DNA of 62,161 bases from Candidatus Omnitrophota bacterium (GTDB lineage: Bacteria > Omnitrophota > Gorgyraeia > 2-02-FULL-51-18): positions 1 to 62,161 of the forward strand of contig JACPAX010000014.1 of assembly GCA_016180585.1 (NCBI GenBank), read 5' to 3'. Shown here one piece after another: positions 47,996 to 57,171 of this stretch. Under the pieces are notes generated by a model. That model saw only the letters and a program-made list of their open reading frames with translations. It ran no database searches and was not told the DNA's origin. Both the position numbers and the translations under genes were made by a program. How positions within the stretch are numbered: position 1 is the stretch's first letter; every line of letters starts with the position of its first letter.

Positions 47996-48111
47996 TACCT
48001 GATCTATCTATGAGGATAACTGCGGCTTATGCCGTAGCAAAGGCGTGTCACCGGCTCAACCCACGCTTTAAGCTGGAAAGATTTCTCCGCGCTTGTTGCG
48101 CTGAGGAATAG
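47950..48111 (+). CDS. Small hypothetical protein (53 aa), absent from the supplied ORF track
   Basis: My translation is MSRKHFRALAEQIALIPDLSMRITAAYAVAKACHRLNPRFKLERFLRACCAEE*. AGGAGG lies 8 nt upstream. It recalls small phage/plasmid proteins ending ...NP.F...RF...C. Confidence 0.5.
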   Translation: MSRKHFRALAEQIALIPDLSMRITAAYAVAKACHRLNPRFKLERFLRACCAEE

Positions 48112-48322
48112 GTAGAAAAAATCTCAAGCGACGACCCCCCCTTGAGGCCCCCACAGATACCCCTACCCACCATCACCTCCATAGTAGTTTGACGCGAAGT
48201 CGGGCAGCCCAGAAACACGGTTTTGCCCATGTTTTTAGATGGTTGGAAGGATGCGTGGATTGCACTGCCAAAAAGCGGTATAATGTCCAAAAAATTAAGA
48301 CGAACTAAGAGTTAGGTAAATT

Positions 48323-49516
48323 ATGTCTTGTCTTGCTTTCTTTCCCTGGTTGGAAGTCAAAAGCCGCATCCAGTTTGGCGATTTAGCACTTACTCCCTTT
48401 GAGCGCAATAAGTCGCCTTTTGGAGCCGGTTCTCCAGATCAAAGCACTTGCGACGGTGTTCTTGAGCCATACCATGATGGAAAGCACCCTGTTCAAAAAG
48501 CAACTTTGCTTGAGCACGGTGGCGTTTTTTTTGGCGATGTCAGCCAGGAAGCGGCGGGGGAATACTTTGTTTTCCGGGATATTGTGGCCTGCTCATCTCT
48601 CGGGAAGCGCGAGTTTTTTGGTTTTGGCTTTCCCTACTGGAACTCTGGTCATTTTGAAATGGTGATACAAAACTTTGTCGATCCCCACGGCTCTATCGCT
48701 GTAACATCCCGTCGTCGCGATGGAAAGACCACCCATCACATGACCCGCGAGGACTATTTTTTTCGTCGGCCCTTTCAAGTTAGCGCAAACGTAGGTATCG
48801 ATTTTGATCGAAATCTAGTAACGGCTTTGTTGGCCGCGAAAGACAAGAGCCCCGTCTGGCACGAATACTATGACGCGATCTCTAACTTTAATCAGGCTAA
48901 TACCGACAGCGATCAAAGGACGGAAGCCGAGGAAGCCGTCATGTTGATAGGGGCGTTTCAACGTTTATTACGTTGCACTGCTAGCGGGGAGGATGACCTT
49001 ACGGCTCGGCTCACAAAGGTGCTCAACCCGTTCATCCACTTAGAAATAGAAAATTGTGAAAAAATCCAGAACTTCACCCACTACAAGGTCAAGGCATCAA
49101 CCGTAACCGAAGCATGGATTTCAGATTTTTTTAAGCTTAGAGGTGAAAACGCTCATGGTAAACGGCTACCCCGCGGCCCGCTTGTCTGGGCCAGTATGGA
49201 GCATCTCTTGTTAGCATCGTTTCTTTTCCCGCACTTATTGAAACTTCAATTGCAGGAGGACGGTTATTATAAGCTGACGGACGATGATGAAGCTGATTTG
49301 ATGGCGTTTGAGCCTTTATTGGCTGCGAAGTGCTTAGAAAAAACTGCAGATGGAAAGGGCTGGATATGGAGCGAGGTCTTTCGTAAGGTTCGGTCTGACT
49401 ATCTATTAAAAAAATGTATGGAGCCCATCCTGGCCGAGTTTTTCAAACAAAAGCTCGACGGGCCTGACGTTGTAGCTGAAAACCCTAAACCTGAGCCGAC
49501 CAAGGGGGCTGACTAA
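48323..49516 (+). CDS. Hypothetical protein with Rx4H (HEPN-like) motif
   Basis: 397 aa with no family recognised. FFKLRGENAHGK (nt 49139-49156) fits the HEPN Rx4-6H signature. Its stop overlaps the next ATG (TAATG). Confidence 0.7.
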   Translation: MSCLAFFPWLEVKSRIQFGDLALTPFERNKSPFGAGSPDQSTCDGVLEPYHDGKHPVQKATLLEHGGVFFGDVSQEAAGEYFVFRDIVACSSLGKREFFGFGFPYWNSGHFEMVIQNFVDPHGSIAVTSRRRDGKTTHHMTREDYFFRRPFQVSANVGIDFDRNLVTALLAAKDKSPVWHEYYDAISNFNQANTDSDQRTEAEEAVMLIGAFQRLLRCTASGEDDLTARLTKVLNPFIHLEIENCEKIQNFTHYKVKASTVTEAWISDFFKLRGENAHGKRLPRGPLVWASMEHLLLASFLFPHLLKLQLQEDGYYKLTDDDEADLMAFEPLLAAKCLEKTADGKGWIWSEVFRKVRSDYLLKKCMEPILAEFFKQKLDGPDVVAENPKPEPTKGAD

Positions 49517-52500
49517 TGCCGCTCACAGGTGGACCAGCCGATAAGTTGGGGAACCGTTACGAACTCTGGTGGACGGTTCTTCAATTTGTTCGTATGCTTC
49601 ATGGAAAAGCAGAGAGAATACGTATTGAAGACCCAAACGTAACAAAAGCGGAGTTTGTGATAGTTCATAATGGGCACCGGGAACTTCATCAAGCCAAGCG
49701 AAGTCACCAGAGCGGCAAATGGAGCAATGCTTCTCTCGCTAGCTCCGATATGCAACTTCTGCAGGGTATGTTCGACCAGCTTTTGGGGAATGATAATCGA
49801 TTCGTTTTCGTGTCCGGCAGTGCTGCTGAGGAGCTAAAAGAGCTTGCGCACCGTGCCGAAAAGGCAGAAACCGTGGAGGAATTCGAATCAAAGTTTCTTG
49901 AGGCAGAGATTCAGAAGGTTAGGTTTGATACGCTGAAGAAGAAATACTGGAAAAATACTGACACGACAACTGCCTACGAGATTCTACGACGAATCGAGGT
50001 TAAGACGGTTGATGAGAAGAGTCTTGAAGAGCAGGTTCATTGGGGTATTCGAGCTTTATTTCTCGCTGATCCCAACATTGTATGTGCCGAGTTACGATGT
50101 ATTGCAGAAGATTCTATTCATCAGACCATCACGCGCGAAGCACTTATTGAGCGTCTTGCTCAGCGCGGTTTTATGCTGCGTCGTCTCGCTAAGCTTGACT
50201 CGGCCGCAGCCTTGGTTGGTGAAGCTACAGAGCGTTATCTCGCCGTCGTACGAAAGAAACTAATCCGGAAGTCACTGATTCCCCGAGCGGCAACGCAGAC
50301 ACTTCTTGAACAACTTATAGGGGCTGCACATGGACGTGATCTGGCGCTAACTGGTAGAGCAGGTGTTGGCAAAACAGGTTGCGTGATTGAGTTGGTCGAG
50401 GCGCTGCGAGCGCGCAATATCCCCGTCTTGGCTTTTCGACTCGACCGTCTCAAACTAGTTTCAACAACAGTGGAGTTAGGGCAACAGCTTGGGCTTGAGG
50501 AATCACCTGCGCTCGTGCTTGCCGCTATGGCTGCAGGCCGGGAAGCTGTCTTAGTAGTCGATCAGCTTGACGCGGTGAGCACTGCTTCGGGGCGAAGTTC
50601 AGATTTCCTTGAAGCCGTGGAGGGAATCTTGGCTGAAACTCGTGGCTTGCGCGACAAACTAAAGCTGCACGTTGTTGTTGTTTGTAGAGCATTTGATTGG
50701 GAAAACGACCATAGGTTACGTCGACTGCTTTCAGAGCAACAAACCAAAGTGGAAGTTGTCGAGTTTTCGATTGATGAAGTGAAAGCCGTTCTTTCCGCCG
50801 ATGGTTTCCGTACGGAACTTCTCCAAAAGAATCAGTTAGAGTTGCTCAGACTTCCACAAAACCTCTCGTTGTTTCTTGAAGCAAGTTTTGCGAAAGCTGG
50901 AGCGCCAACGTTCAACACTGCAAAAGAACTTTTTGACCGGTATTGGGACGAGAAACGCCGAGCAGTCAAAGCGCGGGCTAATTATTCACAAGAACAGTGG
51001 GCGGAAGTGATTGGGTTCATTTGTGAAAAAATGACCCAAACTCAACAGCTTTTCGCCTCGCGCGAGAGTCTTGATCAATTTGATAGCGATTACATCGCGG
51101 CAATGGCTTCGGAAGGCGTACTAACTTTCGAGAATCAGAGATATGGATTTGGTCATGAAAGTTTTTTCGATTATTGCTTTGCGCGTGCTTTCATCCCTAA
51201 AGAAAAACCGCTGACCGAATTTCTCACCGCTTCTGAGCAGCACCTCTTCAGGCGGGCGCAAGTGAGGCAAGTTCTTACCTACCTACGGGATGCTGACCGA
51301 GATCGCTACTGCAAGGAGCTACGTGAACTTTTAGCAGACAGCCGAATTCGTGCTCATATCAAAGACCTTGCCATCGCTTTGGTCGTAGCCGCGCCTGATC
51401 CTGGCGATGATGAATGGGCTGTACTAGAGCCGTGGTTGAATTCCAACCTTGCGATTTTTGAGAATAGCCAGAAGAGCCCAGACAAGCTTTCTTCCATGGT
51501 GTGGCAACATTTCTTTCCTTCGGTCTCTTGGTTTTATTTTATTGAAAGGCGAGGCTTCATTAAGAACTGGCTTGGATCTGGAAAGAAGAGCCTCATCGAT
51601 ATGGCAGTGAATTACCTGCGACTTCACCAGCGACATGCAGCCGATACGGTGGCAGAATTGCTAGAACCCTATATTGGGCAGACTGGTGATTGGCCGCAAC
51701 GACTTCGTTTCGTGATGCAATGGGCCGATTTGGGGGACAGTCGCAGATTTTTTGATTTATTTTTGCGGCTCATTGATGATGGAACTCTCGACAATGCACG
51801 CGGGCCGATAGCAGTCAATAGTACATTCTGGAGCATGTTTCATGGACTGGCAAAGACACAGGCCGCATGGGTAGCGGAAATTCTTGCACATTGGCTTCGC
51901 AGAAGGTTTGTGTTGGTTTCACATCCGACGGTAGAAGGTGAGGAGCCGAATTGGCACGACCTTTTCAACAACGACGAATTTGGAAAAGATCATTTACATG
52001 ATGCTGCAACCAAAGCACCGGGAGCGTTCGTTGATCACGTTCTCCCCGTTGTCTTAGAAATTTCAGATGCCACCATCTATAGTGAAAATAATTCACCGAA
52101 GCGAGATGCCGTCTGGTCGATAGCGCTATTCGATAATGAGTATGAATCGGCTGAAGATGCTTGCAGAAATACGCTTGCCACCGCATTGCAGACGGTTGCA
52201 AAAGATAAGCCAAAAAAACTCAGCGATGTTGTAGCCGAACTTCAACGTCGTGATACTTATATGGCAAACTTCCTCCTTTTAAATCTCTTCGCTGCTGGAG
52301 CGGCGCATTTTGCCGATCCAGCTGTTACCCTTTTGTGTGACCAGCCGTGGCGTTTTTACTGTGGATTTTCAGAAAGCCCTCACTGGATTGCGATGCAGCT
52401 TATTAAGGCAGTTGTTTCAATCTGTTCGCCGGAAAACCGGACGAAATTGGAAAAAACGATCATGAGTTATTCTCCGGATTACGAACGCAGCGCCAAAGGG

Positions 52501-54060
52501 CACAAAATCGCGGGAAGAGCCTCCTTTGCGTTGCTGTCCGCTATTACACCAGAATATCGCAGTGGTCACGCTCAAGCACGCTACAAAGAGCTCGAACGAA
52601 AGTTCGGGAAACCAGACGGCCCGCCACTTGGAGTTCATGGTGGGTTCGTTGGATCCCCAATTAAGAAAGAAGCAGCCGAACAAATGACTGATGAACAGTG
52701 GTTGAAGGCAATTGCAAAATATGATTCAGAAGAACGTGAGGATCGTTGGAATGATTTCTTGAAGGGTGGCGCCAGAGAACTTGCCAGGATGCTGCGTGAT
52801 TTTGTTCACAATGAACCGGAACGTTTTTCTCAACTGAGTTTACGATTTCCCGATGGTACCAATCCAGTCTACATTGATCGAGTGATCGACGGGTTAAAAG
52901 GTACCAATGTGTCTACCAAGCTGAAGCTCGCCGTCTGTCGTAAAGCTTATAGTGAATCTCGTGAGGAATGTGGAAGGGCAATTTCCGACCTACTTGGAGG
53001 CATCCAGGAATCGCTACCGGAAGACGCTGTTCAGATGCTCGATTGGATAGCTACTCAGCACTCTGATCCAGAAAAAGATTTATGGAACGTAGAAGCCACA
53101 GCAGGTAAACCCTACTATGGTGGAGATATCCACAGCCACGGTATCAATACGACACGTGGGAGAGCCGCCGAAGCAATTCACAATCTTATCCGCACCGATG
53201 TTGGATATGTCGCACGTTTTGGATCTACACTCAACCACCTTGTTAGTGATGAGAACCTTTCAGTACGCTCGTGCGCTGCTTCGACGTTGCTCGCTGTCGC
53301 TCGACATAACACACCTTTGGCGTTAGAGCTTTTCAAGAAGCTCGCCGAAGCAGACGACCGTTTACTCGCAACTCCTTATGTGGACCGCTTTATCTACTAC
53401 AGCTTGCACAAGAATTTCATCCAAGTCCGGCCTTATGTGGAGCGGATGCTGCGGTCAAAAGAACCTAAAGTGAGTGAAGTTGGCGCTCGGCTCGCCGGTG
53501 TGGCGGCTCTCTATCACGAAGATGCTGCAGATTTGGTAAATAAAGCAATGTCCGGAAGTCCTTCGCAGCGACTCGGGGTTGTCCAGGTAGCGTCAGCCAA
53601 TATCGCTCGTGCAGATTGTCGAACGTGGTGCGAAAATTGTTTATTGGTACTTTTTAATGATGACGATAACAAGGTCCGTCGCGAAGCCACATCATGTTTT
53701 CATCATCTTAAGAGCGAACCTTTGGAGAACTACGAGAACCTTATCAGGGCATTTTGTGACAGCTTGGCCTACCAAGAGGGTTCATTTCCAGTTCTTCACG
53801 TGCTGGAGGATTCGTTGCTCCGCTTGCCGGGTATCACACATGTCGTGTGCGAGAAGTTTCTCATGCGTTTTAGTGATGAAGCAAAAGACATCCAAACTTC
53901 TCGCGCCGGGGATGTTCATACTGTTGCCAAACTGATATTCCGAACTTATCATCAACATCAACGCGATCAATGGGCTCCTCGATGTCTCGACCTAATTGAC
54001 AAGATGTGCCTAGAAGGCATCCGCGATACAAGAAGTGAACTGGATGAATACGAACGATGA
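49516..54060 (+). CDS. Large STAND-type P-loop NTPase with an N-terminal nuclease-like domain and C-terminal HEAT-like repeats
   Basis: N-terminus has IRIED...HQAK (D...QxK). Walker A is GRAGVGKT (50353-50376) and Walker B is VLVVDQLD (50548-50571). It also has a NACHT-like FGHESFFDYCFARAF and ~900 aa of helical repeats. Confidence 0.85.
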   Translation: MPLTGGPADKLGNRYELWWTVLQFVRMLHGKAERIRIEDPNVTKAEFVIVHNGHRELHQAKRSHQSGKWSNASLASSDMQLLQGMFDQLLGNDNRFVFVSGSAAEELKELAHRAEKAETVEEFESKFLEAEIQKVRFDTLKKKYWKNTDTTTAYEILRRIEVKTVDEKSLEEQVHWGIRALFLADPNIVCAELRCIAEDSIHQTITREALIERLAQRGFMLRRLAKLDSAAALVGEATERYLAVVRKKLIRKSLIPRAATQTLLEQLIGAAHGRDLALTGRAGVGKTGCVIELVEALRARNIPVLAFRLDRLKLVSTTVELGQQLGLEESPALVLAAMAAGREAVLVVDQLDAVSTASGRSSDFLEAVEGILAETRGLRDKLKLHVVVVCRAFDWENDHRLRRLLSEQQTKVEVVEFSIDEVKAVLSADGFRTELLQKNQLELLRLPQNLSLFLEASFAKAGAPTFNTAKELFDRYWDEKRRAVKARANYSQEQWAEVIGFICEKMTQTQQLFASRESLDQFDSDYIAAMASEGVLTFENQRYGFGHESFFDYCFARAFIPKEKPLTEFLTASEQHLFRRAQVRQVLTYLRDADRDRYCKELRELLADSRIRAHIKDLAIALVVAAPDPGDDEWAVLEPWLNSNLAIFENSQKSPDKLSSMVWQHFFPSVSWFYFIERRGFIKNWLGSGKKSLIDMAVNYLRLHQRHAADTVAELLEPYIGQTGDWPQRLRFVMQWADLGDSRRFFDLFLRLIDDGTLDNARGPIAVNSTFWSMFHGLAKTQAAWVAEILAHWLRRRFVLVSHPTVEGEEPNWHDLFNNDEFGKDHLHDAATKAPGAFVDHVLPVVLEISDATIYSENNSPKRDAVWSIALFDNEYESAEDACRNTLATALQTVAKDKPKKLSDVVAELQRRDTYMANFLLLNLFAAGAAHFADPAVTLLCDQPWRFYCGFSESPHWIAMQLIKAVVSICSPENRTKLEKTIMSYSPDYERSAKGHKIAGRASFALLSAITPEYRSGHAQARYKELERKFGKPDGPPLGVHGGFVGSPIKKEAAEQMTDEQWLKAIAKYDSEEREDRWNDFLKGGARELARMLRDFVHNEPERFSQLSLRFPDGTNPVYIDRVIDGLKGTNVSTKLKLAVCRKAYSESREECGRAISDLLGGIQESLPEDAVQMLDWIATQHSDPEKDLWNVEATAGKPYYGGDIHSHGINTTRGRAAEAIHNLIRTDVGYVARFGSTLNHLVSDENLSVRSCAASTLLAVARHNTPLALELFKKLAEADDRLLATPYVDRFIYYSLHKNFIQVRPYVERMLRSKEPKVSEVGARLAGVAALYHEDAADLVNKAMSGSPSQRLGVVQVASANIARADCRTWCENCLLVLFNDDDNKVRREATSCFHHLKSEPLENYENLIRAFCDSLAYQEGSFPVLHVLEDSLLRLPGITHVVCEKFLMRFSDEAKDIQTSRAGDVHTVAKLIFRTYHQHQRDQWAPRCLDLIDKMCLEGIRDTRSELDEYER

Positions 54061-54083
54061 TAAAATTTTAGAAAGGTATTTGG

Positions 54084-54308
54084 CTAGTCTTTGAACTGCA
54101 AAAGTTTCCAGGCAGGAACTTTAAAAGCTTTGGCGAGCTTTTCTATACTTGATAGGCAAATATCGTCAGGCTTCCGACTTTCCAAGTTTTGCACGTGTTT
54201 ATAATCCAACCCTGAAAGTTCTGACAATTCGAGTTGAGTTAAGCCCTTCTTAGTCCGTAGACTTTTTATACGTTTTGCCAACTTAATGTTGATTTGGGAG
54301 GTGGCCAT
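54084..54308 (-). CDS. XRE-family HTH transcriptional regulator
   Basis: KRIKSLRTKKGLTQLELSELSGLDYKHVQNLESRK is a classic HTH_3 pattern. Confidence 0.85.
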   Translation of the reverse strand: MATSQINIKLAKRIKSLRTKKGLTQLELSELSGLDYKHVQNLESRKPDDICLSSIEKLAKAFKVPAWKLLQFKD

Positions 54309-54390
54309 TAAGGGCCATTATGTGGTAATTCTTCTCTTGTATAAACCGGCTATAGACGGTGTATAATTAAGTTATTAAGAGGAGCCGCCC

Positions 54391-54780
54391 ATGAAAAAAC
54401 TGGTATCTTTATTTTTCCTTTCCCTGATTGTCGCTTTATCAATTTCTGACACAGCCTTAGCTGAATATGTTCGTGGACACTATCGAAAGAATGGTTCCTA
54501 CGTCAGCGGTTATCACCGATCAAACTCCAATAGCACCGTTACTGATAATTATTCATTCAAAGGTAATGTCAATCCTTATACTGGCGCGATAGGAACGAAT
54601 TATTATCGGAATAGCCCTTCGAGTCCTTATTTTGGGTCTAGTCCGTCAAGAGGCTGGAGCAACCCGGCTACGACCTTTTCGGGCAATTCATCAACGGGGG
54701 TTTGGGAAAGTCCCTCAACTGGGGTATGGAGTAGTCCTTCAACGGGCATCGGAAGCGGATCTTCCAGTTGGGACGATTGA
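54391..54780 (+). CDS. Small secreted Ser/Gly/Tyr-rich protein
   Basis: Good SD (AGAGGAG), signal peptide ...DTALA-EY, YVRGHYRKNGSYVSGYHRSN motif and a repetitive STGVW tail. Confidence 0.6.
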   Translation: MKKLVSLFFLSLIVALSISDTALAEYVRGHYRKNGSYVSGYHRSNSNSTVTDNYSFKGNVNPYTGAIGTNYYRNSPSSPYFGSSPSRGWSNPATTFSGNSSTGVWESPSTGVWSSPSTGIGSGSSSWDD

Positions 54781-54799
54781 GGTCAAAGGTAGGGTAGGT

Positions 54800-55327
54800 A
54801 TGGGGATGCAGAAAAACAAAGTCAGACTTTTTACTCTCTTAATGGCAGTACTTTGCTGTAGTGGCTGTGCCACTGGTTCTTATTACTACAAGTACCAAGG
54901 GGCTGCCGGTGGTTTTAGTGAGGTTAAGATCCAAGATGACTTATTCAAGGTAGCGTATTCTGAGAATCAATTTGTTAGTCCTGAAACAGCAGAGGATTTT
55001 GCATTACTTCGATCGGCGGATGTCGCAATTCAGAACGGCTATAAATACTTCGTGATTCTCGAACAAAAATCTGATGTGCAAAAGACGTCAGTAGATATGC
55101 CCAGCTACTCGACCACGATGGCGTCGGGCTCGATATATCCAGCGACCTATTCAGGAAGCATGATCGGCAACACCATCAATTACGGTGGCGGCACGTATGT
55201 TTATTCTAGGCCGAGTACCTCTAATATGATCAAGTGCTTTAAAGAAAAGCCTGAGAATTTACCCACGATCATTTATGACGCAGTGCAGGTCAGAGATAGT
55301 ATAAAAACCAAGCACTCTATTAGATGA
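54800..55327 (+). CDS. Putative lipoprotein
   Basis: MGMQKNKVRLFTLLMAVLCCSGCATG is a signal peptide with a lipobox-like SGC. ATG 54800 chosen inside the longer ORF. Confidence 0.6.
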   Translation: MGMQKNKVRLFTLLMAVLCCSGCATGSYYYKYQGAAGGFSEVKIQDDLFKVAYSENQFVSPETAEDFALLRSADVAIQNGYKYFVILEQKSDVQKTSVDMPSYSTTMASGSIYPATYSGSMIGNTINYGGGTYVYSRPSTSNMIKCFKEKPENLPTIIYDAVQVRDSIKTKHSIR

Positions 55328-55800
55328 ATCGCTTAGTTAAAGTTCTCACCATTGCGTTAGTTTTTTCAGCCCTCTATTCTTCTTTCGATATGGCTGAGAG
55401 TACCAGTGTTACGAAAGAATATCTCAAGAGAATTACAGAAGATAAACGCAAAAGCCGAGAGGCGATGGCGCAATTAGGGGATAAGGCGGCGCTCATGGAG
55501 TTACAGCACCGGCAGGACCTCGAACTCCAACAGCGCCAATTCGATCATGAAAAAGATTTGATGTATCAGAAAAAAATTGCCGATCAACAGGAGTTTAATG
55601 CGCATCACACTCGGTGCATGGGCGCATTGGTGCGACGACATCCAGAAATGTTTGACGATGAGGGAGGATATTTATCAGACAGCCCAAAAGGAAGAATTTG
55701 GGAACGCGTAGCTGTGGAGCATCCCGAGTACGCTTCCCAAATTGGCGGACTTTGCATGGCGATGGAAGAAATGGAGCGGATTCTCCGTGATGAAATATAA
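55324..55800 (+). CDS. Hypothetical signal-anchored protein
   Basis: N-terminal hydrophobic segment and a helical charged body. Its start overlaps the upstream stop (ATGA). Confidence 0.55.
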   Translation: MNRLVKVLTIALVFSALYSSFDMAESTSVTKEYLKRITEDKRKSREAMAQLGDKAALMELQHRQDLELQQRQFDHEKDLMYQKKIADQQEFNAHHTRCMGALVRRHPEMFDDEGGYLSDSPKGRIWERVAVEHPEYASQIGGLCMAMEEMERILRDEI

Positions 55801-55851
55801 TCTAGAACACATCAAAATATCTTTTTACTGGCTATTTTTGGTGCTCGTAAC

Positions 55852-55879
55852 TTGACCACAGAGAATCGTGTGATATAAT
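55852..55879 (+). promoter_or_regulatory. sigma70-like promoter with extended -10 (TTGACC-16-TGaTATAAT)
   Basis: TTGACC at 55852-55857, TG at 55871-55872 and TATAAT at 55874-55879. No ORF follows for ~290 nt. Confidence 0.5.
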
Positions 55880-56109
55880 AAAAATTGAGAGAGACAATCT
55901 GTTAGGTTGTGGTGCTCTCAAAATTGCCGAAGTAGCCAGTTGTAAACGGCTGGTCAACGATGTTGAGCCAAGCAATTCAATGTCGGCCCGAATAGCGAAA
56001 GTAGGGCGAGCGGACGCGCTTAAATGCTAGGCATAATTGAGCTGTCTTTAACGCAATAAAGATGAGCCCAAGCAGGTGAAGTATACCCTTGTTTGGGCCG
56101 TTTCATTTT

Positions 56110-56142
56110 AGGGCCTGCGGGGTTTCCTGCGGGCCTATTTTT
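56110..56142 (+). terminator. Rho-independent terminator-like hairpin
   Basis: AGGGCCTGCGGG-gttt-CCTGCGGGCCT folds into about 10 pairs (one mismatch, one bulge, one G:U) and is followed by ATTTTT. Confidence 0.45.
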
Positions 56143-56170
56143 ATTGCATAGAAAAGACAAGGAGAGAAAA

Positions 56171-56398
56171 ATGAGACAGCTCACACCAATTAAAGCTATC
56201 CGTAAGACCTGCCTAGACTGCTGTAGTGGTTCCCCCAAATCTGTAAAGCTTTGCTCTGACACCGAGTGCCCCCTGCATATCTATCGCTTTGGCAAGAACC
56301 CCCGCAGGAAGGGTATCGCTCCGAATAAGCACCTATTCCAGAAAAATCCCACCGTTGTGTCGAGAGATTTCTCAAAAGAAAGGGCTTCCAATGAGTGA
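56171..56398 (+). CDS. Small Cys-rich (zinc-binding) phage/ICE-type protein
   Basis: AAGGAGAG SD. MRQLTPIKAIRKTCLDCCSGSPKSVKLCSDTECPLHIYRFGKNP recalls a small family common in mobile elements. Confidence 0.55.
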   Translation: MRQLTPIKAIRKTCLDCCSGSPKSVKLCSDTECPLHIYRFGKNPRRKGIAPNKHLFQKNPTVVSRDFSKERASNE

Positions 56399-56618
56399 GT
56401 CACAGTATTCAACCCAGAACCTGTATGAGGCTGCTTTCTGCCTCTGCAAGGGATTCAAACTGGCTGGCAAGCGACGAGAAGGAGCTAAGGTCGTTATTCT
56501 CTTTGAAGGGGAAAACGTACAACAAGAGGCTCTTGGTTTCTATAACGGGTCCAAGGTGCCCGCTAAGGACTACGCAGATTCGTATAGAACCTTAAAGGAT
56601 TTCATTTTTGAGAGATAG
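56391..56618 (+). CDS. DUF5659-like protein
   Basis: YSTQNLYEAAFCLCKGFKLAGKRREGAKVVILFEG fits the DUF5659 pattern as I remember it. The start overlaps the upstream stop. Confidence 0.6.
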   Translation: MSESQYSTQNLYEAAFCLCKGFKLAGKRREGAKVVILFEGENVQQEALGFYNGSKVPAKDYADSYRTLKDFIFER

Positions 56619-56641
56619 GAGAAAAAGATGAGGATAAAAAA

Positions 56642-56986
56642 ATGGGCCGCCATAAAAGCTACCGACTTCCACCATTTGTCCCACTAGATAAACGAATGCT
56701 TCTTCACTCTCCGGAGTGGAGAGATTTAGGATCGTCTGCCAAAGTTCTGTATATGCAGATTAAAGCCAAACACACCGGCAGTAACAATGGACAAATACGC
56801 CTTTATTACAGCGAGCTAAAAGGCATGATGGCCGACAAGACGATAAGCAGAGCATTTAAGCAACTGGAAGCCAAGGGTTGGATCTGCCGCGAGAAAATCG
56901 GGGGAGAGCATCGCTGGGTAAATGATATACGTTTGACCGGTAAATACGACGCGACTGTGAAAGATTGTGTTTGGTTGCGGCAATAA
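56642..56986 (+). CDS. Winged-helix-like protein of mobile-element backbone
   Basis: ...SSAKVLYMQIKAKHTGSNNGQIRLYYSELKG...ISRAFKQLEAKGWI is a wHTH-like pattern. Function unknown. Confidence 0.5.
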   Translation: MGRHKSYRLPPFVPLDKRMLLHSPEWRDLGSSAKVLYMQIKAKHTGSNNGQIRLYYSELKGMMADKTISRAFKQLEAKGWICREKIGGEHRWVNDIRLTGKYDATVKDCVWLRQ

Positions 56987-57171
56987 AAAACAGCGCTATA
57001 TTTTACAGTGTCAGTGTGCACTTTTTACGGTGTCGGCGATGATTGGAAATGCTCCACTCAGTAAATAATGCTGAGTCGTGCTATAGAGCGATCAAAATCG
57101 ACCCGTTAAAAAATACAGTCTTTATATATTATGCCATCCATAGGTGCTTAATTTAACAAAGGGGGAGTGTC

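Noticed and set aside
56020-56262. 80-aa minus-strand ORF overlapping the terminator-like hairpin and the start of the Cys-rich gene
   Set aside because: It overlaps a better-supported plus-strand gene with a strong SD, and it has no motif or start-site support.
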